Source: Tricharina praecox
Lineage: Eukaryota
Assembly: GCF_024521635.1 (NCBI RefSeq)
Contig: NW_026250404.1
Coordinates: 1,426,001-1,490,000, forward strand
Length of the DNA stretch: 64,000 nucleotides
Direction: 5' to 3'
The notes under the pieces are model-generated. The model was given only the letters and a program-made list of their open reading frames with translations. It was not told the origin of the DNA and made no database searches. Position numbers and translations under genes: made by a program. Shown one piece after another: positions 41,203 to 52,355 of this stretch; position 1 is the stretch's first letter, and every line of letters starts with the position of its first letter.

Positions 41203-41653
41203 GGTGAGGGTTGTGCGCGGTGTTGGGCGGGTGGAGGTGGGGCGGTACGCTCGATAGCGGTGCGAGTTCTTGATGTGCACGGAGACGGTTGTGAGATCGA
41301 AATTTGTGGAGGTGTGCCACTGCGCTAGTGCGATAGGCGATTAGGTTTAAGCGCAGTTCACAGGCTGGCACTCGTAAATTTGAAAAGTTTATCCATCATG
41401 TGCTCTTGCAACTACCACAAGTACAGACCTTATGGTACGTCTGTGGTATGGGGTAATGGCCTAACGATGAGCCGAGCTCGTATGTTTAGTCACACGTCAC
41501 ATCATAAATCTTGCAAGCAGAAACCCCATTCAGTAATTCAACGAAACTCCATTGCGATTGCCCGAAGTATAGACAATGAAAGAGAAAGCAAGACACCCAA
41601 ATTACCCCGAAAAAGAAAACCATCCTAGGTGCAACTGTGGAGGAGCGTGTGGT

Positions 41654-42215
41654 CTATTTTCCGAACCAGCTCATAATGCCACCCTTAGCCTTGCTAGCCT
41701 CCGCCTCGATCTTACGGTCCGCCTCGTCGATCTTGCTGAGAACCGTGTGCTTGGCCCTCTCCTTCGACTCATCCAGCTGCTGGACGCCGGCCTGGATACG
41801 CTGCTTGCCTGGTGGGCGTCAGTGGGAGGAGCGTGAGGGGTGGGGTGTGGTGGAGTAAACTCACCCTCCTGGACGGTGTGGTCTACAGTGCTGCCAACAC
41901 GAGCCATCTTCTCCTCGACAGCCTTCTTGTACTCCTTCTCTCGGCCAGGAAGCTCGTCACGGACTGATACGGAAGCACGAGATGCGTCGTCTGGAGGCAC
42001 ATGTCAGTCGTCGTTATGGGAATCAACAAGAGGAATTCCATACGCTGAGCGGTCTTCTTGGCGACATTTGGGTCTCCGCCAGCACTGTAGAAGTAGTATC
42101 CGAGTGCTCCGGCACCGGCGACACCGAGCATCAAAGGAACTCTGCTCTTGGGGGGAACAGCCTTGGGGATGTCGGCGCGGGGGATGTTGATCTTGGGGTT
42201 GGGAGTGGTAGACAT
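41654..42215 (-). CDS. Small fungal protein with an N-terminal membrane anchor and helical body (probably mitochondrial); function unknown
   Basis: Three exons (introns 41991-42043 and 41809-41864) give ..LGVAGAGALGYYFYSAGGDPNVAKK..KIDEADRKIEAEASKAKGGIMSWFGK*; splice signals are canonical. Confidence 0.85.
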
Positions 42216-42942
42216 GGTGAATGGTGTTTGTTTGTGTTGTTTGGTAGTGTTGTTTGCGGTGGGTTGGTGGAGAAGGGAGAAAAGTTACAGATATATGGAG
42301 AGGGGGAAGCTGTTATTCGTATGTTTGATGATGAGCGTGGGAACACAGGACGTTTTCGAGCCTTTTTGTATCCAAACAAATTCCGCTGCGGAGTTGGAAG
42401 AGCTGGAAGACGTGATGAGCACTGCACGACGTCATAGAAGCATGTGAGGCTTGGCTTAGCCGAAGACAGGGCGGTTACACACGCTAAGTTGTGGCCGTCA
42501 GCGTCATCGCTTAATGGAAGAGAATCCCGCTCGCGACCGACACGTAAAGGGGGAGAAACGGCGTCTTCAAGTTGGAATTCTCCATGCCTGGCCGTTGCGC
42601 TCGCAAGGACAACCCACAAGAGTCTCAACGTCTCCGTTCGGCAAATACTTGGCAGCTCGCCGCGCGAAGGTCTATTCAGCCGCGTCACTCGATCTCATCT
42701 CGGATCTGAGTTGCTCGCACTTCCCTGCAGCGATCCACTCTTCCTTGGTTTGAGTGGGTAGCTCCCCCGTCCCTAAGGGATCCCATAGCCATACCTGCTG
42801 TCCTGCTCCATTATCGTCGCTCGTACTTCCCTTCTTACGTGCAAATAACCCACCGATTGCTGCGTCACACATCACCATAGGAGCGAAGCCACGGTTAATC
42901 TACGCACCCATCGTCACGACCTCTCCACCCCCGTGCACCCCA

Positions 42943-44833
42943 ATGTCGGCACTCCACTTCCACCGCGCCTCCACAGATAGCTCCGGCCACACCGCCACCA
43001 ATGCTCCTACGCGCATCGCACTAATAGACAACACGGCGCCTGCGTCGTTTGCGCCATCGGGCTCCGCAGAACAGAGCAGGTCCCATTCACCAGCCGACGA
43101 CGCGGCGCAGCAGGATTCACAACCTCGTCGCTCGCTCGGTGATGGGAAACGTGAGACGCTGAGGAAAGCCATCGCTGAACGGAGGTACAAACGTTGGTCT
43201 GCGGCGCCTGATGGGGCGTGTGGAGACGTTGGTGATAGTGGTTTGGAGGAGGCGCCGGATTCGAGGGCGGAGGGCGTTGTGGTTGAGAGGGACTCTGAGG
43301 ATGAAGGGGAGGACGGGAAGGTTAGGAGTGCCGGTGACGGCGCAGGGGGTGTAAACGTGGATGGCATGCGGGATAGCGGCGTCGACAGTACACGACGAGG
43401 AAGGGAGCCTGAGCGGCAACGAGAACGGGGGCCTACAGGCAACGGCGTCGGCGGGACTGGGCAGATGCGGCGAAAACCCGACGGCGAAATTGAAACTGCC
43501 GAGATCGATGCGCTGTATGAAAACCAACGCGGGTAGGAGTCCTATTCCACTCTGTTGTCTCGCGAAGTGATCACATAAGCTAAAACCGGTCAATCGGTGT
43601 TACAGCGCATTTTTCTGCGGAATCCCACTATTCTCGTCGAAGTCTCTACTTAATTTCGATCCCTCCGCATGGCAGAACGGCCTCTTCCACGACTCGGCAG
43701 TCTCGATTGTCGACGCCCAAGTACCAGATCCCTCGTGGGCGTGGGATTGGGCGAGTTGGTATGTGGACATGACATCGGATGTTGACGAGGAAGGCTGGGC
43801 GTATAGCTTCAGCTTCTCGCCTGCCTTTGCGTGGCATGGAAATCATGTGTGGTTTCACTCCTTCGTGCGGCGGCGACGATGGCTGCGGAAACGCGTCAAG
43901 CTTCCGCAACGGGCAATCAATCCATCTGGCGATCCATACGGGAATACTGTCGATGGCAGCGTCACTAGGGCGGGGCATGGGATGAACAACGATTACTTCA
44001 CCATACATTCGCGCAAAGATCGAGATTCATACTATGCCGGAGGAAGTCACAAACGGAAGAGTGTGCTCGAAGGCGGCAGCTGGGGTGGCACCGACGACGA
44101 AAGCGATCATGAGGTGGAAGTCAAGGACGTCGCCACACTGATAAGAGTGGTCAAGAGGGCGCGACTAGACAGGGAGAAGATTGAAGCGATCATGAGGTTT
44201 ATTGAAGACGGCGGCGATGATGTTGCTTATCTGGCCGAAAAGGTGAGCATACCAGATAGACACAGCTCCGGAACGAGAGCTAACACGTCTCCTCCCTAGA
44301 TCCCAGCTCTCATGAGCACGATGATCTTCCAAGCATCCCGACGGCAGCTGTTGGCACATATTCTCGACTACACAGAACAGTACGAGGCCGGAGAGGCTCC
44401 CACAATAACAATACAAGGACGCTCATTGCCCGACGAGGTGCCACCCACTCCGGGATCCACGACATCTTCCCAACGGCCTTTAACAGAGCCCAAAGAACCT
44501 AAAGAACCCACATCCGGGGCGGTTGTCGAGGGCAAACATCCAAAGGAAGACAGCCCAGAGGCAAGGAGACGAAAGGTTAAAAGCCTCAAGGAAGCGTCCG
44601 AGGCGGCCGATCAAGAGGTCAAGAAGATGGAATTCTGGAGTGATGTTAAAGATGTTGCGCGGAAAGGAGAGAGCCTCACTGCAGAGGCCCAGGCGGAGGG
44701 ATGGGGTAGGTTGGGTATTAGTGGTGCCAGTGTAGGCAACGGGAAGGTCTTTGGCGGAGCTGGCAATGGCGGTACGCGTGAGGAAACTGAAAGGGTTGAT
44801 CTCAAGGGGAAGGGAAAGGTGACTATTCAGTAA
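42943..44833 (+). CDS. SPO73: Spo73/Mug65 dysferlin-domain meiotic (prospore membrane) protein
   Basis: Motifs LYENQRG|AFFCGIPLFSSKSLLNFDPSAW, VPDPSWAW, DVDEEGWAYSF, FVRRRRWLRKR, ARLDREKIEA. Introns 43533-43605 and 44243-44299. Confidence 0.88.
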
Positions 44834-45280
44834 TCGTTGTGGACGCTAAGTTTGATTTATATCCTGCCTTTCTGTTTGGGCCACTGTTTGGAGTAGTTTC
44901 TGGGCGTAGGAGTTGCGAGCCTGTTGGGTCTGTTGTCTAATCATTCATACACATATGCATTTGGGGATGTTTTTGCTTTAACACGAGAGTCTTTCTACTG
45001 CACTGTCCATATAGATGATACCGAGTGTTCGCTGAACTGAAATAATTGTCTTCACTGAATCTCAGCATGTTCCGGTCCTTCTGGACGGTGGTGCACCACT
45101 AAAACTCACTCGCCTGTCAAAGTTTGCTTGGCATTTGCGGCTCCAAATTTTGAAGAAAGTTCCTTCGCGACAACCCAGTAGCAAGACCACGAACGTTGCT
45201 TGTGAGAACCTTACAGCATCTCACCAAATTTCTCGGCCACAAAATTCTCGCTTTCCTCACAACTCAATCGCATCGACAAA

Positions 45281-46873
45281 ATGGCGGCCCCTGTGCAGCG
45301 GCTCCAGCCGACCAAGCTCCCCACACTCCCCTCATCGACAACGCCCGAACAGCGATACTGGCGCACCTTCGCCTCGCCGCTGCTGATCCATGAGTACTCT
45401 AACATCACGTCGATCCACTTCTCGCCGTCGGCGCGAGCGCACGACTTCGCCGTGACCTCGGCGTCGCTGATCAAGATCTTCTCCGCCAAAACCCGCGCAG
45501 TCTCCAAGACCATCTCCCGCTTCAAGGAAACCGCCTACGCTGGACAGATCCGTCGCGATGGAAAAGTCATGGCCGCAGCGGACGCCACCGGCACCGTGCT
45601 CGTCTTTGATCTGGCGAGTAGAGCCGTCCTGCGCACCTGGGCTGGCGAACATAAGGCTCCGGTCCAGGCGCTCCGCTGGAATCCGAGGGAGCTGACGGGT
45701 CTCGTTACCGCGAGTGACGATACTACTGTGCGTCTGTGGGATCTTCCTGCGAGGGAGAGTGTGACCACCTTCACGGGCCACGAGGACTATGTTCGTTCGG
45801 TTGCGTACTTGCCGGTTGGTGGAGTTGCGGGCGGTGCCGGCGGGCTGGTGGTCAGTGGGAGTTACGATACTACGGCGAGGATATGGGATCCGCGAATTGC
45901 GGGGGGCAAGGCGGCAATGACGTTCCGACACGATACGGCAGTGGAGGATGTTCTCGCCATGCCCGGGGGAACGACGCTGCTGTGCGCCACCGGGAATGTG
46001 GTCCGTGTGTGGGATGTCGTTGCGGCGAAGGAGATCGCCGTCCTCAGTAATCACCAGAAAACGGTTACGAGCTTGGCGCATACGACTACGGGAGAGAAGA
46101 GGAGGGTGCTCACCGGTGCGTTGGATGGCCATGTCAAGATTTACGATACCGCCTCGTGGACTGTCGTTCATGGTGTGAAATACCCCGCGCCTATCTTGTC
46201 ACTCGCCGTTTCGCCGGATGAGAAACATCTTGCCGTCGGGATGGTCGGCGGACTCCTCAGCATTCGGACGCGCCGCAGTGGAGGCGAGAAGGACACTGTC
46301 AAGGAGAAGGAGCGGGCGATGGATCTGATCATGAAGGGACTCGACCCGCGGGCCGTCGACAAGAAGAAGGGAAAATCTGGCAACAAGGCGAGGAAACTCA
46401 AGGGACTCGACTACAAGGGTGAAGAGGAGGAGTTGATCATCGACGCAGCACCGAAGCGGGCGAAGAAGGAGCGTGCATTTGAGGTTGACCTGCGGAAGGG
46501 GAGGTACACAGATGCACTGGATCGTGTTCTTGGCCCCTCAGGCCGTGGAGAGCCATCAATGATTCTTACTGTGGTTAAGGAGCTGGTCTACAGGAACGCT
46601 GTGGGCAAGGCCCTAGCGAACAGGGACGAGGAGGGTCTGAGGCCGGTGATCGAGTGGTGTGTGCGGTGCGTTGGAGACCCGAGGATGGTGGGCGTTGTGG
46701 TCGAGGTTGTCGAGGCGGTGCTGGACCTGTATAGCCATGCACTGGGACAGAGCATCGAGTTCGACAAGCTGGTGACGAGGCTCACGGCACGGATCAACAA
46801 CGAGGTGGAGAATGCGCGGCAGGCACAGCGGACGGTGGGAATGCTGGGGATGCTGGTGGCAGGAAATGAATAA
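45281..46873 (+). CDS. UTP15: U3 snoRNA-associated protein 15 (WD40 repeats + UTP15 C domain)
   Basis: Intronless 530-aa ORF: TTPEQRYW start, ISRFKETAY..IRRDGK, GHEDYVRS, NHQKTVTSL, LDGHVKIY, ALANRDE. Confidence 0.96.
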   Translation: MAAPVQRLQPTKLPTLPSSTTPEQRYWRTFASPLLIHEYSNITSIHFSPSARAHDFAVTSASLIKIFSAKTRAVSKTISRFKETAYAGQIRRDGKVMAAADATGTVLVFDLASRAVLRTWAGEHKAPVQALRWNPRELTGLVTASDDTTVRLWDLPARESVTTFTGHEDYVRSVAYLPVGGVAGGAGGLVVSGSYDTTARIWDPRIAGGKAAMTFRHDTAVEDVLAMPGGTTLLCATGNVVRVWDVVAAKEIAVLSNHQKTVTSLAHTTTGEKRRVLTGALDGHVKIYDTASWTVVHGVKYPAPILSLAVSPDEKHLAVGMVGGLLSIRTRRSGGEKDTVKEKERAMDLIMKGLDPRAVDKKKGKSGNKARKLKGLDYKGEEEELIIDAAPKRAKKERAFEVDLRKGRYTDALDRVLGPSGRGEPSMILTVVKELVYRNAVGKALANRDEEGLRPVIEWCVRCVGDPRMVGVVVEVVEAVLDLYSHALGQSIEFDKLVTRLTARINNEVENARQAQRTVGMLGMLVAGNE

Positions 46874-48148
46874 TGCGTTGCTGCGTTTATGGATTGTATA
46901 TAATTTTGGGCATCATGGCGTTTCTGTGTGCTTTAGATCAAAAAAGTCTTGTATTTGTGGGAGGATTGGAGCCGACTGCGGTCCATAGTAAATACCTTAG
47001 GAGCTGGTCATGTTCGTTCTTCGGATAGACTGTAAACTTGAAGAACCCGTACTTTGTTGAAGATAGCTCCGCATGAGTGTTCTTCCGAATTATGCCCCAG
47101 CTTTATCTCATGGCCGTTTCACTTTCCCCTCTCCAGCCAAACTGATACCTGTTCAGTCACTCGAATCCAAATGCAAAGATCAAAAACAAAGATGAAAAAA
47201 ATAGAACGTCGCATTGACCTTTACTATAGACCAAAGTATCAGCGCTAAACAGCTCATCAGCTTCTCCCCTTGAGCTTCATGTTCAATCACCCGTATCTCC
47301 TTTCAGGTATTCGACGTGAACATTCCCGACAAACCGCCAGATTAACAGTTAACGGTTAACGGGCTCACCTACCTAACAGTTCCGAATCCACAGTGGTATC
47401 ACTCGTTCCCGAGGCAAAGTGAACCTCGGCCCCGCGTACGACATCAAACGGAAACACTCAGGATTATCTATATTCCAAAATCCCGGGGGCACTCTACTCT
47501 ACAATGTACGTATCATACAACTCTCAAAGGCTCGCAAAGCCAAATGTGACGCGTATATGTCGTACCTGATCATCGCTCACACGGTCACACACCACTATGG
47601 ATAAGAATGGCACGCATGCTCGGAAACGAATTATGGGGATCGGATCACACTAGATAACTACCTAGTCGGGATGAGGGAAGTGTGGAGAATCCAGGAACAT
47701 GGCGTGCTACTTGCATACGACCGTCTGCAGACTCTCGGATCATACTCTATATACATGCAACACGTGGAAACGGTTGATCTGCCGGATGTCGAAATGGGAT
47801 CATCTCGGAACATGTTACATTAGCTGGCATTTAACGTATGTCCTTGAAGACCGTGAAAATGGGGTAAGTTGGGGCTGGGTGTAATTCGCTGTGTTTTGGT
47901 TGGTTGTCACTTTCTTGGTGGCAGTAGCAGAAACAAAATACGTCATGATATCACAATGACCATCACCGTTTTATAGGATAGTCCTTAGAAAACCCTATTC
48001 CAGGTAAGACATTTGTGTAGCATATGTGTATATTCTCCGGTCGTTCAGACATGCAGACTCCCGAGAAACCAATCAGGATATCAGAACCTTCTATTAATGT
48101 ACAATGGGTATCGTTAACAGACAACATCACTTCTCCCTCTAATTATAA

Positions 48149-49078
48149 TCAACTGTCCTCCTCCGTTCTCTCGCCATTTCCAAATAATGTTTTGAACCCC
48201 AAATCGTAACAATTCCACATAACCTTAAACAGCACCTTCTGTACTGTGATCATCCACCCGGGTGCCCGTCCGTTGTCCTTGGCGAACACCTTCGTCATGC
48301 TCATGACCAACACCATGAGCGGCATCCACATGATAGCCCACACCACCGCACCAACGCTCTGTCTCCAAGTCGTCCTGCGATACTCCTTCAACTCCGCCAA
48401 CCACTCTCTATACTCCTTTGGCAGGCCATGCTCCTTCGCGCCGGCGCGAATGAGATCCAGATACCGTCTACTCGGCTGGGCATGACTCGACCTCTCCTCC
48501 TCCTGCGGCGCCAGCAGCGTGTGAACCGCCAGCTTCTCCCCCCCATCGATCTTGAACGCCTCGACGACGAAGTCCTGGTACGCGGCGCCGCCGCCCTCGG
48601 TCGCAATAATCGTCGCAAAGTCCTCGGGGGTGACCTCGTAGACAACACCAATCAGGCCACCACCAGGCGGCGTCAACAGGGTCCTCCCCTCGCCGGCGGT
48701 CTCGACGACGACGACATTTGCAAAGCAGGGCTCGAGGTATGCGATCCCGGGGAGGTCGAAGGACAGTGCGAGCGTAGGCACGCGGACGTTGTGCGCGGAC
48801 ACGGGGCGGATCTGGCGGCGGCCGCGGAACGTCTCGGCGCAGAGATTGGAGCCGTAGGCGAGGTAGTAGATGTTTTCTGGGGCCTTCTCGAGCGCGGCGG
48901 GCGACGGCACGCGCACTGGCTCGTCTGCGAAGTCGTCTGTGTACTTCTCCTTGTTGCGCGGGAGGAGGATGGGAAGGTATAGCGCGAGGGCCTGCGCGAA
49001 TGTGCTCTTGGGCGCCTCGGCCGCATCGCTGCTGCCGATGGCTCCGTAGCTTGTTGTGGTGGCGGTGGCTTGCTTCAT
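48149..49078 (-). CDS. Gamma-glutamylcyclotransferase, GliK-like, with a C-terminal hydrophobic segment
   Basis: Motifs YYLAYGSNL, GVVYEVT..ATEG (catalytic Glu position), PSRRYLDLI..GAKEHGLP..Y; hydrophobic VGAVVWAIMWMPLMVLVM. Confidence 0.88.
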   Translation of the reverse strand: MKQATATTTSYGAIGSSDAAEAPKSTFAQALALYLPILLPRNKEKYTDDFADEPVRVPSPAALEKAPENIYYLAYGSNLCAETFRGRRQIRPVSAHNVRVPTLALSFDLPGIAYLEPCFANVVVVETAGEGRTLLTPPGGGLIGVVYEVTPEDFATIIATEGGGAAYQDFVVEAFKIDGGEKLAVHTLLAPQEEERSSHAQPSRRYLDLIRAGAKEHGLPKEYREWLAELKEYRRTTWRQSVGAVVWAIMWMPLMVLVMSMTKVFAKDNGRAPGWMITVQKVLFKVMWNCYDLGFKTLFGNGERTEEDS

Positions 49079-49742
49079 CGTGATGGACTTTCGAGATCGC
49101 TGGTTTTTGGGTATAGATTCTAGAAGATTGGGGGAATGCGGCCAACTTTAATCATCGCCGCACCCCCCCTGGAGACCCCCCTTGGGCCTCCTCCCCTTGG
49201 AGAGTCATCGCTCTTCCGTAGCCTGACTCCGCTGGATTGGATGATCTACGGAAAACCGGGGTTGCTGTCGGAACTGCCCTGTCGAAGAATTGCTGCGGCA
49301 GTTTGGTCAGCCAATTTTCTACCCCTAGCATCGGACATCCGTTGCCCCGATTCCATACGAGTGGCCGGAGTTAACAGCCAGCGGCATCAATAATCACTAA
49401 TCTACCAGGAAAAAAAGTTGTGGAAAGGGCCATATATTGTTCCGAGCCTCGTACGAATATTACTATTTTGGTATCATAGGTGCCATATGTAGCAAAGTAT
49501 ATAGGTTTCTACGGTCGTCGACTCATCGGACTTGATGGCATGTAAGAAATCATGATGTAGGAGTCAAGTCCATGTAGACGCCATGCCCAATCGTGCGTAT
49601 CTAGTAGTATCGTACAAAAATACAGACCTCTATCAACCCAACCCGAAACGCCAGAGTATGCAACTTGAAGAAACATGAAGAAATGAACACCAGTGCTATG
49701 CCCCCAAGTACCCAGTAGAAAATTGAACCCTCCGCGATGGAA

Positions 49743-51515
49743 TCAGTCACTCCTGTCTTCGACCTTGTCCAGCTCCCATTGCAAGAGATTGCGTTCGTAC
49801 TCGGCCACCAAGTCAGCAGCGTTGGCGATGTTGCTTTCAGGCTCCCACCTATCCGTGATCGTGTTAGCAAAGCGAAAATCGAGTTCGGACCAATTGGCCA
49901 TGTTGTAATACGTACGTGTTGTGTTCACGGCTGTAGCCAGCCCACCTGATCAGGTATTCCTTTCTGCCGTCGACAATCCTATGACACTCAATGTCCTCAA
50001 CTTCGAACTCTTCTTCTTCATCAGACGAAGCTGGCGGCGTTTCGACTTTCGCCTTCTTGGCCTTCTTGGTAGCAGTACTCGCATGAGGGCGCTTCTTGTT
50101 GGAGGTAGCCGGGACCTTGGGGGTGGCCGGGACCTTGGGGTTGGCCTTGGTCGTGCCAGGTGACTTCGCGGAGGCAGTCGACTTGACTCGAGCACGGGAC
50201 TTGGTCATGGTAGGGGATTTTGAAGCGGCAGTGGACTTAGCAGCGGTAGAGGCCTTAGCCGAGGAGGCAGTCTTCTGCTTGTTAGAAAGTCTCGCGGGGC
50301 GCTTGTTTAACAGGACACTTGCCATACGGCGGCCCACCCAATCTTTGGCCTCATCGCTCTCGTTCGCATTGTCCGAATCGAGGTGCTCAAAGTCTAGGTG
50401 CTTGTAGCGGGCCCTGAGATCAGGGTCTACTTTGGTCGAGTAAACCTTGCCGGTACGCTTTGGTGTCTCGTCGACCTCGCCATCTGACTCGAAAGACTCG
50501 GCGGCTTCATCGTAGTCGGTTTCCTGGTCCGAAGCAATAATCTCGTCTTGGTCATTGTGGTCCGATTCCGAGACTTGGTATTTGCCGACTTTGGCCTTTT
50601 CTCCGGCTCCGACCTTGGGCTTATTGGCGTTTTTCACAGCTTCCCGGGCCTCCTTCTTGTACTTGCGAAGGAGCGTCTTAGTCGTACCACGGGTCGCCCA
50701 TCCCACTCGCTCGTCCGTGTCGTAATATGTTTCCATATTCTCATCTTTTTCAAACGATTCATGCTCGTATTTTGCCACACGTTCTCGAGAAACAAACTTA
50801 TAGATGTCCCGGGCCCCCACCTGTATGACGTTAGTATTCCTTTAAACAGTTGGGGGGAGAGAGAGAGAGGAGGGAATGAAACACACCTCCTTTCTGTCAC
50901 CCGTTTTGTAAGTGACATGGTAGGTGACCTTGCCGGCGGGTCCCGTTTCCCTGAAGAGGTGAATAACATCCTCATCGTTGACCTCAGAGCTGTACCCGAG
51001 GTCACTCTGGGCTTCTTGGATCTTCTCCCCCTTCTTGTCCTTCACGGCTTCTTCCTCGAGAGTGTCGTGTTCGGGGTCGCGATCGCGGTCGTCGCCCTTC
51101 TCGTGATCGTCGGAATTGTCTTCGGAAAACGCTCCATTGCCCTTGAGGGTGGTGTCGTCTTGGGAGGTGTGGTCGTCGTCGTCGTCGTCGGCCGTGTTCT
51201 GCTCGTCCGGCTGGGCCTCTGCAAATGCTACATTAGCAACGAATTGACTGCGAGTGAGCAAAAAAAAAGCGGGGTGCTGACTACATACCTTCGTCATCTG
51301 AAGGATTGGCCAAAGCGCGTGAGGGAATGATCGGAGGTGCCATCCTAGTGTCGCTGGTGGGAGTGGTAGACGACACGTGCGCACCGGCGGGACGCGCACC
51401 ACCGGCGGCTGGGCGGGTTACCCTCTTTCTACCCCTGACTAGTGAGCGACCCTGCATATATAAAAATAAAAATAAAGCGAGCGAGTGATGGGTCAACTTA
51501 CGATCTTCTGGCCAT
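49743..51515 (-). CDS. Chromodomain-containing protein (chromodomain at the C-terminus)
   Basis: EEFEVEDIECHRIVDGRKEYLIRWAGYSREHNT|WEPESNI is restored by intron 49849-49915. Further introns are 50821-50886, 51219-51288 and (less certain) 51435-51501. An alternative in-frame ATG lies at 51542. Confidence 0.8.
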
Positions 51516-52355
51516 TGTGTCGCTTTCGATGTCGTAATTCATTTCTTGTTGTCGTTGGCGGGAGATGTGGCTGAGGGATCACGTGAAGTGGAGGGAGGAT
51601 GAGCTGATCACGTGGAAGAGAGAGAGGGAATGGTCTGTTGTGGCGGTGCTATTTAAAGGTGGATTTCGCACTTGTGTTTTTCGCGAAAGGTGAGTCGAAA
51701 TCCGGCCCTTCCGCAACCTTCCGCCACACAAACGCCCGATACGGTGTATCACTCGGTGCATCACTTGACTTCGAAATGAACAGACGATTCGTATTGATTT
51801 TGAATTATGATATTCGACCTTTGAACGACGGCTTCTACAAATCTCTCTTTAATCGCCTCCAATTCGGTGTACATATCCCCGCAGTGACAGCATCGGTGGG
51901 CGTCTGCAGTCAATTTTCGCCGACAATTTTCGCCGACCAACGACGAGTGGAGGTTTTAGGGTGCGACTCTTATCGGCGCGGATGGGCTAGCCTGGCGCAA
52001 AAATGAGTGTTTGCTCATCTCGAGTGATGGCAATGTTCGCATTCACGATATGTAGGTGGATATGAGCTTGATGCAATTGAGTGTACCGGTCATCTCTACG
52101 GACGCCGGTACTTCGGGCTGACTTGGACTCCAGAAGTGAACAGCCCTGATCACTTCGATTGCTCGTATTCACTTAGTTCTATGCGATCGTCCAGGGCAAT
52201 ATCAAGCGTCGTGAAGAATACCATCCATATTTCGGTACTACCCTAAGAAATATTGAAAACGAACGTAGAGACGAAGAGAGACAAAAAGAGACAAAGACAA
52301 GGCCATCCCCACCATACAACCAAAAGCAGAAATCCCCCATGTAGCACATCAAATT

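Noticed and set aside
49743..50030. Chromodomain as a remnant of a Gypsy/chromovirus element
   Set aside because: No integrase, RT or LTR nearby; the domain is split by a spliceosomal intron and belongs to a multi-exon ORF.
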